From: Octopus sinensis
Taxonomy: Eukaryota
Assembly: GCF_006345805.1 (NCBI RefSeq)
Contig: NC_043003.1
Span: 49,228,001 to 49,292,000 of the forward strand
Direction: 5' to 3'
Length of the DNA: 64,000 nt
A model generated the notes under the pieces. The model was given only the letters and a program-made list of their open reading frames with translations. It made no database searches and was not told where the DNA came from. The position numbers and the translations under genes were made by a program. Below, piece by piece: positions 24,639 through 37,811 of this stretch (the first letter of the stretch is position 1; each line of letters begins with the position of its first letter).

Positions 24639-24969
24639 GATTATTTAAGGTGTGCGGGTATTTTGAATGGTATGCGGGTATTTAGAAAATACCTTACGGA
24701 GTAACGACCATGACCATCATAGTTACGGACTACCCTTTGGCAAGGCGTAGCACCCGCTGAGACACCCTTTCAGGGATATGGCGAAGTTATGGGACTGCAG
24801 CATGGCGGATTGTGAAGAGGTATCGGAAGAGCTCACCTGAGTTAACAGTGCTTCTTACATTAATGGTGGGTGGAGGAATCCTTGAAGATCAACGGTCAGA
24901 ATCACCAAATTCTATCAAAAGGGTAACTGCAATGCATCCATAGGAATGGCTTCCATGCTTGTGTAATCA

Positions 24970-25145
24970 GCGTTGTGTTCTTGAGCAAAACACTTCATTT
25001 CACGTTGCTCCAGTCCACTCAGCTGGCAAAAATGAGTAACGCTGCGATGGACTGGCGGCCCGTCCAGCCGGAGAACACATACGTTATAGAAGCCGGGAAA
25101 CCGAGCCCACGAGCCTGGCCAGGATTTAAAAAGGGCGCATTTATT
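24970..25145 (+). mobile_element. 5'-truncated SINE with V-domain-like sequence
   Basis: GCGTTGTGTTCTTGAGCAAAACACTTC...CTGCGATGGACTGGCGGCCCGTCCAG, resembling V-SINE conserved blocks (from memory). Confidence 0.55.
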
Positions 25146-25455
25146 GTGGAGATGCAATGGCCCAGTGGTTAGGGCAGCGGACTCACGGTCGGAGGATCGC
25201 AGTTTCGATTCCCAGACCAGGCGTTGTGTGTGTTTATTGAGCGAAAGCACCTAAAGTTCCACGAGGCTCCGGCAGGGTGGGCGAGGTGGCGACCCCTGTT
25301 GTACTCTTTCACCCCAACTTTCTCTAACTCTTTCCTCCTGTTTTTTAGTAACGCTGCGATGGACTGGCGTCCCGTCCAGCTGATGGGGAACACATATGCC
25401 ACAGAAACCGGGAAACTGGGCCCATGAGTCTGGCTAGGCTTGAAAAGGGCGCATA
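25146..25455 (+). mobile_element. Chimeric SINE: family C head/body plus the tail of 24970-25145
   Basis: Matches the 19218 copy to ~25345, then switches to AACGCTGCGATGGACTGGCGTCCCGTCCAG...AAAGGGCGCA and an A-rich end. Confidence 0.7.
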
Positions 25456-25640
25456 AATAAATAAAAAATTACGGTTCACCGGTCTCGGTGGGTCAGCAAA
25501 TGCTATGGCCACTGCGTCTTTCTTCAAATCAGAAAGTAAAAACTTTCCAGGCAGCTCCTTTCCAACTCTTATCATGTTACTTGATTTCATACACGGAATT
25601 TTCATTCATTGAATCACACTGCGGCTTAGTGGTTAGTATA

Positions 25641-25952
25641 TAGGCGCAGGAGTGGTTGGGTGGTAAGTAACTTGCTTACCAACCACATGGTTCCGAGTTC
25701 AGTCCCACTGCGTGGTACCTTGGGCAAGTGTCTTCTACAATCGCCTCTGGCCGACCAAAGCCTTGTGAGGGGAATTTGGTAGACGGAAACTGAAAAAAAC
25801 CCGTCGTATATGGAAACTGAAAAAAACCCGTCGTATATGTATATATATGTATATGTTTTTGGGTCTGTGTTTGTCCACCCCACCAACATCACTTGACAAC
25901 AGATGCTGGTGTGTTTACGTCCCCGTAACGTAGCGGTTCGGCAAAGAGACCG
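25641..25952 (+). mobile_element. SINE family B, 3'-truncated into (CATA)n
   Basis: AGGCGCAGGAGTGGTTGGGTGGTAAG head; family B body. Confidence 0.85.
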
Positions 25953-25992
25953 AACATACATACATACATACATACATACATACATACATACA

Positions 25993-26024
<32 letters not shown>

Positions 26025-26039
26025 CATACATACATACAT

Positions 26040-26070
<31 letters not shown>

Positions 26071-26119
26071 TATATATATATATTATATATATATATATAT
26101 ATATACACTCACACACATA

Positions 26120-26520
26120 TACATGGTACGGTGAATAAATTGTCGTCTAAGTTATGTAAAAATGAAAATAACACTGACATTACATTTTAACAGATATATT
26201 TATCAAAATTACATTAAAATATCTTGAAATACTAAAGAGTAAATTTATTCAATAAAATCACCATTAGCTTCAACCATGGCCTCCAGACGACTTCGGAATC
26301 TCCTGCAACTCTTCTAGACGGTCTCCTTTGGTGAATGGTGCCATAATCCTTGTCTTTAGTTCATCCTTGGTGTTACAAGGAGATTTATTGGTCTCTCACT
26401 CAACTGTGCCCCACATATAATAATCAAGGAGGTTGCAGTCTGGGAGTTAGGTGGCCAGATGTTAGGGGTGAAGCGCTCGCAAAACTTGTCAGACAGCCAT
26501 GATCGGATTCTCTTGCTTGT
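26120..26520 (-). mobile_element. 3' remnant of a Tc1/mariner-superfamily (maT/DD37D-like) transposon
   Basis: Minus translation resembles WPPNS.DCN.LDYY.WG.VE.ETNK.PCNTKDEL..RI...F....RSRLEAMVEANGDFIE*. Confidence 0.7.
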
Positions 26521-26879
26521 GTGGCATGCTCCCTCTATTCATATACATATATATCTGTTGTACAGAGAATAATACAGTGTACAGTCAAACACATAAGAAA
26601 TAACCAAAAAATAGGACCCTAGGGTAAACGTTTTTATTTTTCATTCACTTTCAGAATTACATCAATTAGTGACTTGGAGTTTAACTGCTCTTTCTAGTGA
26701 GTCAGATATCCTACTTTTTGGTTATCTCTTATGTGTTTGAATGTACACTGTATTCTTCTCTGAATAATGTATAGTCTATTGACTAAACTTTTCCTTCTCG
26801 CTAGACCACTGGTAACAAAGATTTTTTCGATAAATATTTTTGCTACCCTAAGCTTTTTTAATATATATCTGTTATATAT

Positions 26880-26930
<51 letters not shown>

Positions 26931-29833
26931 GCACACACACATATAAACACACAAACACACACACGTGCATATATCCACATACGAGCACACGCAAACAAAT
27001 ACGCACATGCATACATATATATACACTCACATAAATGCCACCCACTTTCGACTCCCCGTCTTAAATATATTCCACATTTTCCATTAATGATTTTTAGAAC
27101 AACATAAAAGTCATATTCTGCATTCTTCTAGCTTTCTTGAAGTTAATAGAACTCTCCACTCGCTGATGGATTCCACAGATCATCAAAGATCGACTAATTG
27201 ATTCTGTTCATCTCATCAGTACATATGATAAATTAATATTACACTTGTATATTTGCTATTTTTCTGTTGTAATTATTTGAATGTTTACTATTAAGAGGGA
27301 ATTTATTTCTAATTAAAACAGAAAAAAAAAATTCTACAGCGATGGAATTTAACTAGTATGTTCGGTGAAGTGTTCCATATTGAGTTTTAGAAAGTCTCGT
27401 ACACTTTTACAGATTCTGATAGCAAATTGTGTGTTAGTTGGTCAATTGTTTTTCCTGAAACTCTGGTATTATTAGCATAGCCAAGTACATCAATGATTAC
27501 ACTGTGAAACAAAATTCCTATTTTGTCTTCGTCTTTGGTCAGTAAGTGTTATTCCCTTTGTGCTTCTATTTAGAAATCAAAGGAAATGACTGCTATTCCC
27601 TTCAGGCTTTGTTTCTGTGACTTGGACATCAATGTTTTGAAACTGACCTAGTTTCCATAACATTTCAGATAGATTCAGCGCTGAGTTGCAGAAGCAGAAA
27701 TATCGTCGTGGCAAATATTCTGCTCGATACCACAGATTTGCTTGTCAGTTGCTTGACACTTGAGCATGTCCCTTAGTGGCTGGCAATATGTACATCTCTG
27801 ATAATGAGAAGGAGTATTGGGGGAAGATCGTAGCCATCTGTTGAGAGGGTTTTTTTTTGTGAATTTGAATAAATGTGAGAAAAGCAAAGTTTGAAGGAAA
27901 TAGACATTTTTCATACTTTCTAGCGGTAATGAGAAATAACAGTTGCTACCCAAGAACAAAAATTGTGTTACACAGTGTTACAGGTACAAATGTTATTTTA
28001 TTGATTTCAAAATTTGGCACAAGGCGAGAAATTTCAGGTGGTGGGGAGTATAAGCCGATTGCATCGACCCCAATATTCAACTGGTATTTATTTTATCATC
28101 CCCGAGGGGATTAAAGACAAAGTCGCCCTCGGTTATCTTATGATTAACATTCGTACCGGTAATCATTTGTACTCTCGGCTACCATAAGTAAATGGCTTTG
28201 TTGCTTTCGAAACAGTTGTCCCTAGATATTATCCTTCACACTAATTTAGCCGTCTTGTTATATCAAGCAGGATATGCTTGCACTTGATGGACATTTTGAT
28301 GGCAGTGTTTCACCAATATTACTTGTATTGATATATATATATGTAATTCAACAACAGGAGCATTCCCTATGCCTATCCCTGCGTCGGCTTTCTTGTGGAT
28401 GGCATTGTATATTATTTTTGCAATAAAAACTCATGTCACATCAGAAAGCTACACCTTAATTACATTGTCGGTTATCTGTTGATCGCATGCGTAATAACTT
28501 CCACTTTGAGGGCTTAAGAACTTCGCCGTTACATTTGTATATAGCATATTCTGTAGCTGCTTCTCGCTCTTGGAATGCAAATGCATTACTTTCAATAAAT
28601 AAAGTGTCTTAATAGTCATGATTCCAATGGATGCTACACTTCCTGTTCATGTTAGCATCATCCTCAAGTTTTCGGAAAACATAACCGTGTAACAGGTCTT
28701 AGTTCGAGGTGTGTGTATATGGGTTTGCTTGTGTCTATATCTATCTGTCTGTCTGTCTGTCTGTCTGTCTGTATGTATGTATGATTGTATGTATGTATGT
28801 ATGTATGTATGGATGGATGGATGGATGGGTGGATGGATTGATGTATGCATGAATATAGGTATGTATCAATGTTAGTATCTTCGAAGAAACGCATTTTGCG
28901 TGCTAGATTTAAGCGAGCTACTCGAAAGCGCACTACCATATCTATTATGAGCTGGGGCCATTAGTCACCAGCGGAGCCACATGTGTAAACCATAATTTAA
29001 TTTGAGTGCGCAGTGTTTCTAGTGGTCAGTGATGGTCTTCCTCGGCCACGAGTGGACAGCCATCATCTCATATGTATGCATATTTTTATTTCTATTACTT
29101 GTTTTAGTCATTTGGCCGTAGCCATGCTGGACCACCGCTTTGAAGGTGTTTTTTTTAGTCGAACAAATCGACGCCAGGAGTAATTTTTAAGCCGATTACT
29201 CATTCTATAGTTCTCCTTTGCCGAATCACTATGTTATGGGGCAGTAAACACGCCAGGCGATGGAAGAGGACAAATACAGACTCAAAGATGCACACATACA
29301 CACACACACATACACGCACACATACACACATCCATACGATGTCTATTCCTATTCCTCTTCATCTTTTCTCTCTCTATCTTTTCTCTCTCTATCTTTTCTC
29401 TCTCTCTCTCGCTCTTTTTCTCGTCTTCTCTCTCGCTCTTTTTCTCGTCTTCTCTCTCTGTCATCTACCACTTTTATCCCTCCTGCTATTGACACTTCAC
29501 CCGTGATCATCCAATTTTCTTTTTCTCTTTCTCCTTTCCTTTTCACACCGACCGCTGAACTTGTATTTTCTCTAATCTCCCACTTCAACCTGTTTCGCTG
29601 TCTATTGTCCTTTTGTTTCTAATCCTTTACGATTTTCCTCTTAGCATTATCCAAACTTTCGTCTCTGCCTGGCCCTAAGGCTGTATTCTGTTTATTTATT
29701 TCGTCTTTGTCCCTCGTCCGTCCATCTTAAATCACATTTATTCATGTTCGTATGTCCACTTTTGTATTGCATGTTTACCCATTCCTTGTTTGTTCGTTTT
29801 CGTTCTGTTCTGTTTTGGTCACATTTCCGGCAG

Positions 29834-29868
29834 CTTCTTGTTGCTGACACCACCGAATCAATATTACC
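29834..29868 (+). CDS. Weak candidate 35-nt exon (LLVADTTESIL-P)
   Basis: Pyrimidine-rich CAG acceptor, GTAAGG donor, phase 0/2, compatible with the neighbouring candidates. Confidence 0.2.
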
Positions 29869-30771
29869 GTAAGGCACGAAATTACGCTTGACACGCACGC
29901 TGATAACTGATGAAGAGTTGGTGACCTTCTGTGTCAGTTTTCCGTTTGTTTGTGCATTTATTATATGTTATTTTAACTTATATGCCTGCACCATATATGC
30001 ATCCTTAAATTATCTATGTGCGTAAAATTAAAACAAGAAGAAGCTAAGAGAAAATATCTCAGAGTGGCCAGTGACATGAATTTTGGCTAGAGAAACGAAA
30101 ATAGTAAATACCATATAAGGTAAAAATCTTGATTTACTGAAGTTATGTATGCTACGGGAGAATGTAAACAATCTTCAAGGTGAAATTGCAATCGACTCAG
30201 AATGGTTAGGGGTAGTTAGTCTCAAAGAATCAACATTTCAATATTTAACATGTTATTATCGAAAGATAAGTTTGTTTTATTTTTATGATGACAAGAGGAT
30301 AGATGTGGACTCTTGTTTCTGCATCAATAGTCGTCATTAGCACAGCAATTTTCCTTCCTTGAATCCAGCTGGGCTTAAAACCTTTTCTGAAATAGAATAC
30401 ATTTGCAAACTAGATTTATTCGTATAGTTAAATCGACATTGCATTCAAAGAAATAGCTCAGAATTGCTTGTGGTACGTTTTTGGACAACAAAATCGAATA
30501 AAAGAATGCTATGTATGTATGTATGCATGCGTGTAGGTATGTATTATTTATGTATGCATGTGTGTATGTATGTATGTATGTATGTATGTATGTATGTATG
30601 TATGTATGTATGTATGTATGTATGTATGTATGTATGTATGTATGTATGTATGTATGCATGTATGTATGTATGTATGTATGTATGTATGTATGTATGTATG
30701 TATGTACTTACGTACGTATGTACGTATGCATGTACGTACGTACATGTGTGTGTATGTATGTCATTATTCAG

Positions 30772-33063
30772 TTTATTTCAAGGTTTCTGGCTAATAGAGA
30801 AAGAACCGGTTTCTAACCTAGATCCAAGGTTCCTTCATTGGAATTTCAACATCAACAACGGGGTATTTTTGTATGTATGTATGTGCAGATTTATATGTTT
30901 TATGCATGTATTCTCATGCATATAGTTGCATATCTAGACATGCTCATGTGTTACATATCTCAGGGCCCCAATAATTACAGGTATAAACGGGAACTTGTAA
31001 TCTATACGTTGCAAGCGTATACCCTGCAAAGCGGGGGGGGGTAGTAATCCGACTATTGGTCCCTGATAAACTGCTACACTAGCTAGTTAAAAGATGTTGA
31101 TAAAGGGATATGATACAATATTCAAAGGCATTTTGGATCGATGTTAAGCTTCTACCGCCTTGTTTTCGTTTTTGGGATAGATGGTATACGTCACTGTTTA
31201 TGTGGAAATTATGTGTGCTTGTTAGTATTTTTCGGGTTTTTACATCAATGGCTCGGATCTCATCAAGCGTCCAATTAAGCAGCCCAAATGTTGCTCTGAT
31301 TACAGGCACTGCAAACACATTGTGCGCCACTATTTTATTGAATGCAGAGAGTTCTGAGGTCTCAATTTTCTTTATTCGACTGTAATATTCTTTAGTGACA
31401 CGTGTCTTGGTACAGGTGCCATTGCAACATATATTGTCGTCCACTCCTAGATATCTGCAACATTCCTCGTCAGATACAGGGAAAACAGTCAAATCATTGA
31501 TGGAGATGTTGCTAATCTGGTGTATAGTTTTCCCCCTTTTCACAACTCTATAACGACATTTATCCTGTCCAAACTCCAACTCTACATGCTTTGAGGATGT
31601 TGTAGGTCAAGGCTATTTTTCATCTCATGCATATTCTTTGCATAAAGTTTCAAGTCATCCACAAAGAAACATTGTGTAATTTTGGTATCTGTTTCTTTGT
31701 GCACCAGTGAGATATCCTTCAGACATCCTTAATATGTATGACAAGGGGGTTTACAGAAAATACAACCAGCATCACAGAGAGGTTGTTTCCTTGGAATATG
31801 CCTTTGCGATAATGCATTCTGTCAGTGATAATACAGTCTCTCCTTGTGTTTAATTTCAAGATGGTGGCCCACGATGAAGTCAGGTCAGCTATGGCTTTGG
31901 TTGTGCTCACTGGAACTTTAGCAAGCTGAAGGGCCTCTAGTATCCATGAATGGAGAACATAGTCAAAGGCTTTCTTGTGGTCTAGCCACATTGAAACTAA
32001 GTTTTGTTGATTAACAATTGCTCGGTACTCCCTTCTCAGCTGCTCTGTGCTGATATTATTGGTTTCACAATGGTCCGGGAGGAAGAGATTTAAGCATGCT
32101 GTATATACCTTATACATTAAGTTCTGGCATGCAATTGGCCGGTAGTTTTTTTTTTGTCTTGTGGGATCAATTTTGTCTCTGCCAGAGCTAACCAATGTGG
32201 CTTGCTACTGTTCCGATTGATAGCTGGTCGGTAGAAGGTTAACTTCTTGTACCAATACCCAACGATCAAGTCTCTTCCAGGTGTTTTTCCATCCTGAAAT
32301 TTCTGGATTACAGTTGAGTCTCACCATCAATGTTGTATGTCTTGAGTGTAACGCAGAGGCAATAACTTCTTCGGATTTCTTCCAGTTACAGAACATCCTG
32401 GTTAAACTTCTCTTCATTCCAGATTTTCCTCCAGAAAGAGTCTATGTCGCCTCGTGAAGGAGCTTCTGTGATGTTCACTGCTTCTCCTCTCATGTCTCTG
32501 TATATTTCTGCCTGGTTCCGGTTAAAGTTTTTGTTTATTGTTCTTTCCTCGGTTATTCGATTCACTGACTCGCTCCTGCTTCAGGGTAATCAGTTTGCAA
32601 GTGAGTTTCCTCTTTTTGCTAATTCTAAACATCATTTCTGTCTCCTTCTTTACTTTCTGTTGGTGGGATATGTAGGGATTTGCTTGTTTGCTCGCAATAA
32701 GCATCATTACATAACTAATGGTCTTCGTAAACCAGTTATCTCTTTCTCTGTCTTCAAAACCCATGATGGTACTTTCTTTGTTGTTTCGGTTTTGCTTACT
32801 TTTTGAATGCCATTCACGCACTGCTTTGCAGTAATAACCAGAGCATATAGACAGGCGTTAATCTATCAGAATGTGAGTTCATCAAACTGCTGTTTGTGAG
32901 TTCATCAAACGCATCACCAATTTCGTTAATAGCTTTTAATACCATATCTGGTGGTTTTCTACTTACGTTGGTAGAGAATACTCTCTCCTCGAGAGAGTCC
33001 TTCAAAGCCGAAGTTATATTTTCACGGAGAATTTCAGTAAGGGCACATTTCACCGGTATATAA
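30772..33063 (-). mobile_element. Decayed R4/Dong-clade non-LTR retrotransposon
   Basis: KNYRPIACQNLMYK, WLDHKKAFD.V.HSWI, KGIFQG..LS, MEFGQDKC, RYLG, SELSAFNK, VKTRKILT...H..SDV, GGR.L. Both ends abut (TACA)n/(TATG)n. No endonuclease domain is visible. The 30772-30870 segment is only tentatively its 3' UTR. Confidence 0.8.
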
Positions 33064-33254
33064 TCCTGACTACTGTATGTATGTATGTATGTATGTATAC
33101 TTACATATAAGAGAACAAAGTGTACGTACGCCGCTATACATACATACATACATACATACATACATAATACATACATACATACATACATACATACATACAT
33201 ACATGCATACATACATGCATGCATACATACATACAAACATACACACACACACAC

Positions 33255-33312
<58 letters not shown>

Positions 33313-33317
33313 ATATA

Positions 33318-34127
33318 TCACAATCAAGGAACGGCCATAATAGGCCATTCACCCACTAGAAATAACAGCCAAAGCTTCAACCGCAAAATAACATTAATTC
33401 CGCAAACCAGGAGAAAATTAAAAAACATTTACCCTGTAATTTCTTATACGATGCACCGTTTCATCTACTGTTTAATGGTAAACTAACCTGATTAAATTAA
33501 ATCAAGCCAATCTTCCATAGGCCCTTAGATTCGTCAGTAAGAAATAGCCAGAACGGAACAGATATTTTCACGAGGCATTTCTGTCCTTGCCTCGGCAATA
33601 TCTGACCTAAAAGTTTCAAATCATCGCACTCGCGCCAAATTTATCGGCAGCAAATAAATATAAGCCGCCGATTCCATTACGGAATCAACCAGAAAATTCA
33701 TAATTAATCAATATAGGGTGGCAAAAAAAAAAGATTTTGTAGAATTTTTTTGCCACCAGCGGCCTAGTGGGAAAAAATTAAATAGTCATAGACCATTTAT
33801 AAGTTCAACATCACAATCAAGGAACGGCCATAATAGGCCATTCACCCACTAGAAATAACAGCCAAAGCTTCAACCGCAAAATAACATTAATTCCGCAAAC
33901 CAGGAGAAAATTAATAAACATTTACCCTATAATTTCTTATACGATGCACCGTTTCATCTACTGTTTAATGGTAAACTAACCTGATTAAATTAAATCAAGC
34001 CAATCTTCCATAGGCCCTTAGATTCGTCAGTAAGAAATAGCCAGAACGGAACAGATATTTTCACGAGGCATTTCTGTCCCTGCCTCGGCAATATCTGACC
34101 TAAAATTTTCAAATCATCGCACTCGCG
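33318..34127. mobile_element. Non-coding direct repeat-spacer-direct repeat element in (TA)n
   Basis: 33318-33634 and 33811-34127 are near-identical 317-bp direct repeats (period 493 bp); (TA)n on both sides. Confidence 0.8.
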
Positions 34128-34809
34128 ATATATTATATATATATAATACAAAATGGGACTAGAACGCAAAACAAAAAGGGACAACAAAACATCCAGATAG
34201 ACGATACAAAAAAACAAGGACGGGTCATTCGAAGCTTTCTATTCTCAGTCAAGTATGTATGTATGTATGTATGTATGTATGTATGTATGTATGTATGTAT
34301 GTATGTATGTATGCATGCATGCATGCATGCATGCATGCATGTATGTATGTATGTATGTATGTATGTATGTATGTATGTATGTATGTATGTATGTATGTAT
34401 GTATGTGTGCATGTATGCGTATAAACGCAAGCGTGTTCGTATATGTACGTGTATATGTGTACGTTTGTGTTTGTTTATGACTGAGCTTGTAATTTTTCAT
34501 GATTTTTGTTATGTATATCTGTGGTCGTTCGTGTGTGAACCAGTGCATACGTGTGTGACTGTGTCTCTATTTTTTTCATCTGCTTGTGTGAGAGGGCACA
34601 TGTTGTGTGTACATGTATATGCTTAATCAAGCAAATTCGTTAAGACGTACCAGCGCTAGCACAAAACGCGCATGCGTAGAGGAAATATTTATTTTCGGGT
34701 TCAACGTTTTGTTCTCATCTTTATCTTTTACTATTTAGGACAAGCGAAAATCTAGAAATTTTATTACGATTTTTTACAGCCTCGGGAAAAACAGCGTAAA
34801 AACAAAAAA

Positions 34810-34987
34810 ACATGAACAACATCACCGCAAACAAAACCACCGCCGCGACCACCACTACCAATAACAACAACAACACAGGCAAAAGCAGCAACAGCAACAA
34901 TAACAATGTTTTGTGTTCAGATGATGATAATGGTAATGATCATATAGATGATGGAGATGATCACGATGACCGCGGCGACGACGACGT

Positions 34988-35024
<37 letters not shown>

Positions 35025-35195
35025 AATGAAAATGATGTTAGTCGTAGTGGTGATGTTCGTGACGAAGATGATGATGATAACGATGATGATGATGATGATG
35101 ATGATGACGATGACGATGATGAGGAGGAGGATGATGAAAATAAAAATAATGATTATTATATAATATTCAGAAAAATTGCTGTTTTCAATCAATAA

Positions 35196-35228
<33 letters not shown>

Positions 35229-35422
35229 GTAATAATAATAATAATAATAATAATGATGATGATGATGATAACAAAGCAATAACAATAACAATAATAATGT
35301 TAACGTTGATAGTAAGTATGGTAGTAATGATGATAGTAATAATGATGATGATGAGGAGGGGGATTATAATGATGATGATGGTTATGATGCACCTATGGCA
35401 CAATATCAAAGGGAAATTATTC

Positions 35423-35485
<63 letters not shown>

Positions 35486-35486
35486 A

Positions 35487-35562
<76 letters not shown>

Positions 35563-35992
35563 ATAGTAGTAGTAGTAGTAGTAACAGCAGCAGCAGCAGT
35601 GAAATTGAGAGCGGCTATAGTTCCGCTCGCCTTCATTTTCTTTCAAATGTTGTTGTACGTTAGATTGTTAGTTTCTGTCTTTGTTTTTCATCTTCCATTT
35701 TTATTCATTTCCTATCATATTAACATAGGGTTAGGGTTAAGGTTATAATTCTTCGTTATGGTTATTGTTTATAGTTTAGAAGAATAATATGAACAACAAC
35801 AACAACAAGAACAAGAACAAAACAGCAAAAAAAATGGTAAGCGTAAACATTTGATGTTCCGGGAAACACCGTTCGTAAAAAAACTCCACAAAATAAAATA
35901 TAAAATAAAATGTTAACATTTGTAATTTTGAAATAATAATAATGATGATAATCATGGTGGTGGTGGTGACGATGATGATGATGATGATGATG

Positions 35993-36026
<34 letters not shown>

Positions 36027-36416
36027 CAACAATAATAATAATTATAATAATCATAATAATGATAATAATAACAACAACAACAATAATAATAATAATAATA
36101 ATAATAATAGTAATGATAATAACAACAATAATAATAATAATAATAATAATGATGATAATAATAATAAAATGATCGTTTTGTAATAGGAAAAACAACAAAT
36201 GTATAATATTTATTACATTTTATTTATGTTTCCTTTCAGAGTGAAAGTCGGTTTTCTTGATAGGAAGATAATACTGAATGTTAGTGAATATTCTGGTTTC
36301 TATAATATGAATATTATCTAGTTTACTGGTAAATATACATACAGTATATATTGAATAAAATAATAATGAAAGGGAATTATTCACCACGATTGTTGTTGTT
36401 GCTGTTGCTATTGTTA

Positions 36417-36510
<94 letters not shown>
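34810..36510. repeat. Mosaic trinucleotide repeats (GAT, AAT, GTA, GCA, ACA, TTA)
   Basis: Directly visible; source of many spurious ORFs. Confidence 0.95.
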
Positions 36511-37811
36511 AGTATACTTATTCGTTTGAGCTTTAATTGTGCACAACCGATCGCGGCTTCTTGCGCCTTCTTTTTCTATTGTATTCAAATTACTGTAAAT
36601 AATATGTATGCAATGTGTGTTAGTGCTGTATGCTATATATTGTTTGCATGTATAAGTTCTGGTATCCTATTAACGGTCAAGCAATGCAACTGTTGGAACA
36701 CCAACCGGTGCACTCAATAGAGAGTTAATGACGGCCATAGAAGACAATATTATCTGGTAATAATCTAGAAGTATTTCGTTTTTGGATTTGGTTTGCAAGA
36801 TTCTTTATGTGAGTTCGTGTGTTGAAGCATATTCTCTTGTGTCTGGGGAGAGTCATGGCTCTCTCCAGACACAACAGAATCTAGAAGTACATGAGAATCA
36901 ACTGAGCAGCCTTTCTGGAAGATTTTCGGGTCGTTGAATATATTACTACTTCTAAAAGTTTTGGACCTGGTAATGCTTTCAGAGAGAGCAAGAGAGCAGG
37001 ACAACGTTGCTAATTCGAGATAAACCTTACACGATGTGGTAGTGTCATTAGCCTGGCAGGGCGCGCGTTGAGCTAGAAATACGAGATGCAATAAGTAAGA
37101 AATACAAGATGGGTAAACAGATACTCACAGAGACTATATCAATCCCAAATTGTTCTTTCGGTGTCTGATCTTTTTTATTATACGCGAAAGAGCGGAGGGT
37201 GGATATCGGAGTCTACTGAGTTCCTCGTAAAGATTGAATCATTGACACCTTTAGGTAACCAATATACGCTATCAGTAACTAATATCAGCTGATTTACCAT
37301 AAAGGGAGTAGCGTTTTCTGGTTGGCTCACCACTGCCTTTAACGAATTTGAAATGCATCCATCAGTCCAATAGAGAGAACTCTTGGCTGACCATGGTGTT
37401 TTAACCCTTTTTCCCGAATTTTCTTTCTACGTGGTTCAAATACCTCTCACGCAGATTTGAACCATTGGTCTTAAGTTTATTTAGTTTCCATTACTGCTTT
37501 GAACATGTACTCATGTATGTGAATATTTCAGTTATTCTACGTTCGAGATTCCTTTATTCCACTCGGTGCTTCAAAATTCGTTAATAAAAATGTTTTCAAA
37601 TTCAAAAAGCTATTATTCAGCGTCTGCTCTTAGGCTCAATGGTACAGTGCATTCAACCAGAATTTGAGAGCTACAGAGTTCTAGTCTCTGCGGTGGCTTG
37701 CTGCCCATTTTTGCCCGTGTTCTTCGGGTACTTACCCAATCTTCTAAGCTGTTTTAACAGCTATTTTGCGTTTGAGATTTTCCTTTATTTCCTTTAATGT
37801 ATATATATATA

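Noticed and set aside
27413-27765. Possible exons around a GTAAGT...TTTCAG intron, with a downstream AATAAA
   Set aside because: The upstream segment has stops in all frames, and the downstream peptide is short and unrecognised.
28141-28640. Hydrophobic, GPCR-like peptide fragments
   Set aside because: Many stops in every frame and no diagnostic motif; could be chance in AT-rich DNA.
29905-29945. CTGATGA within a hairpin
   Set aside because: No GAAA element; it is a simple stem-loop only.
35725-35745. TTAGGG telomeric repeats
   Set aside because: Only about two copies; expected by chance.
37140-37400. 82-codon minus-strand open frame containing LYWTD (LDL-receptor propeller-like)
   Set aside because: No credible acceptor, a stop precedes the nearest strong donor, and an overlapping + frame is also open; single short motif only.
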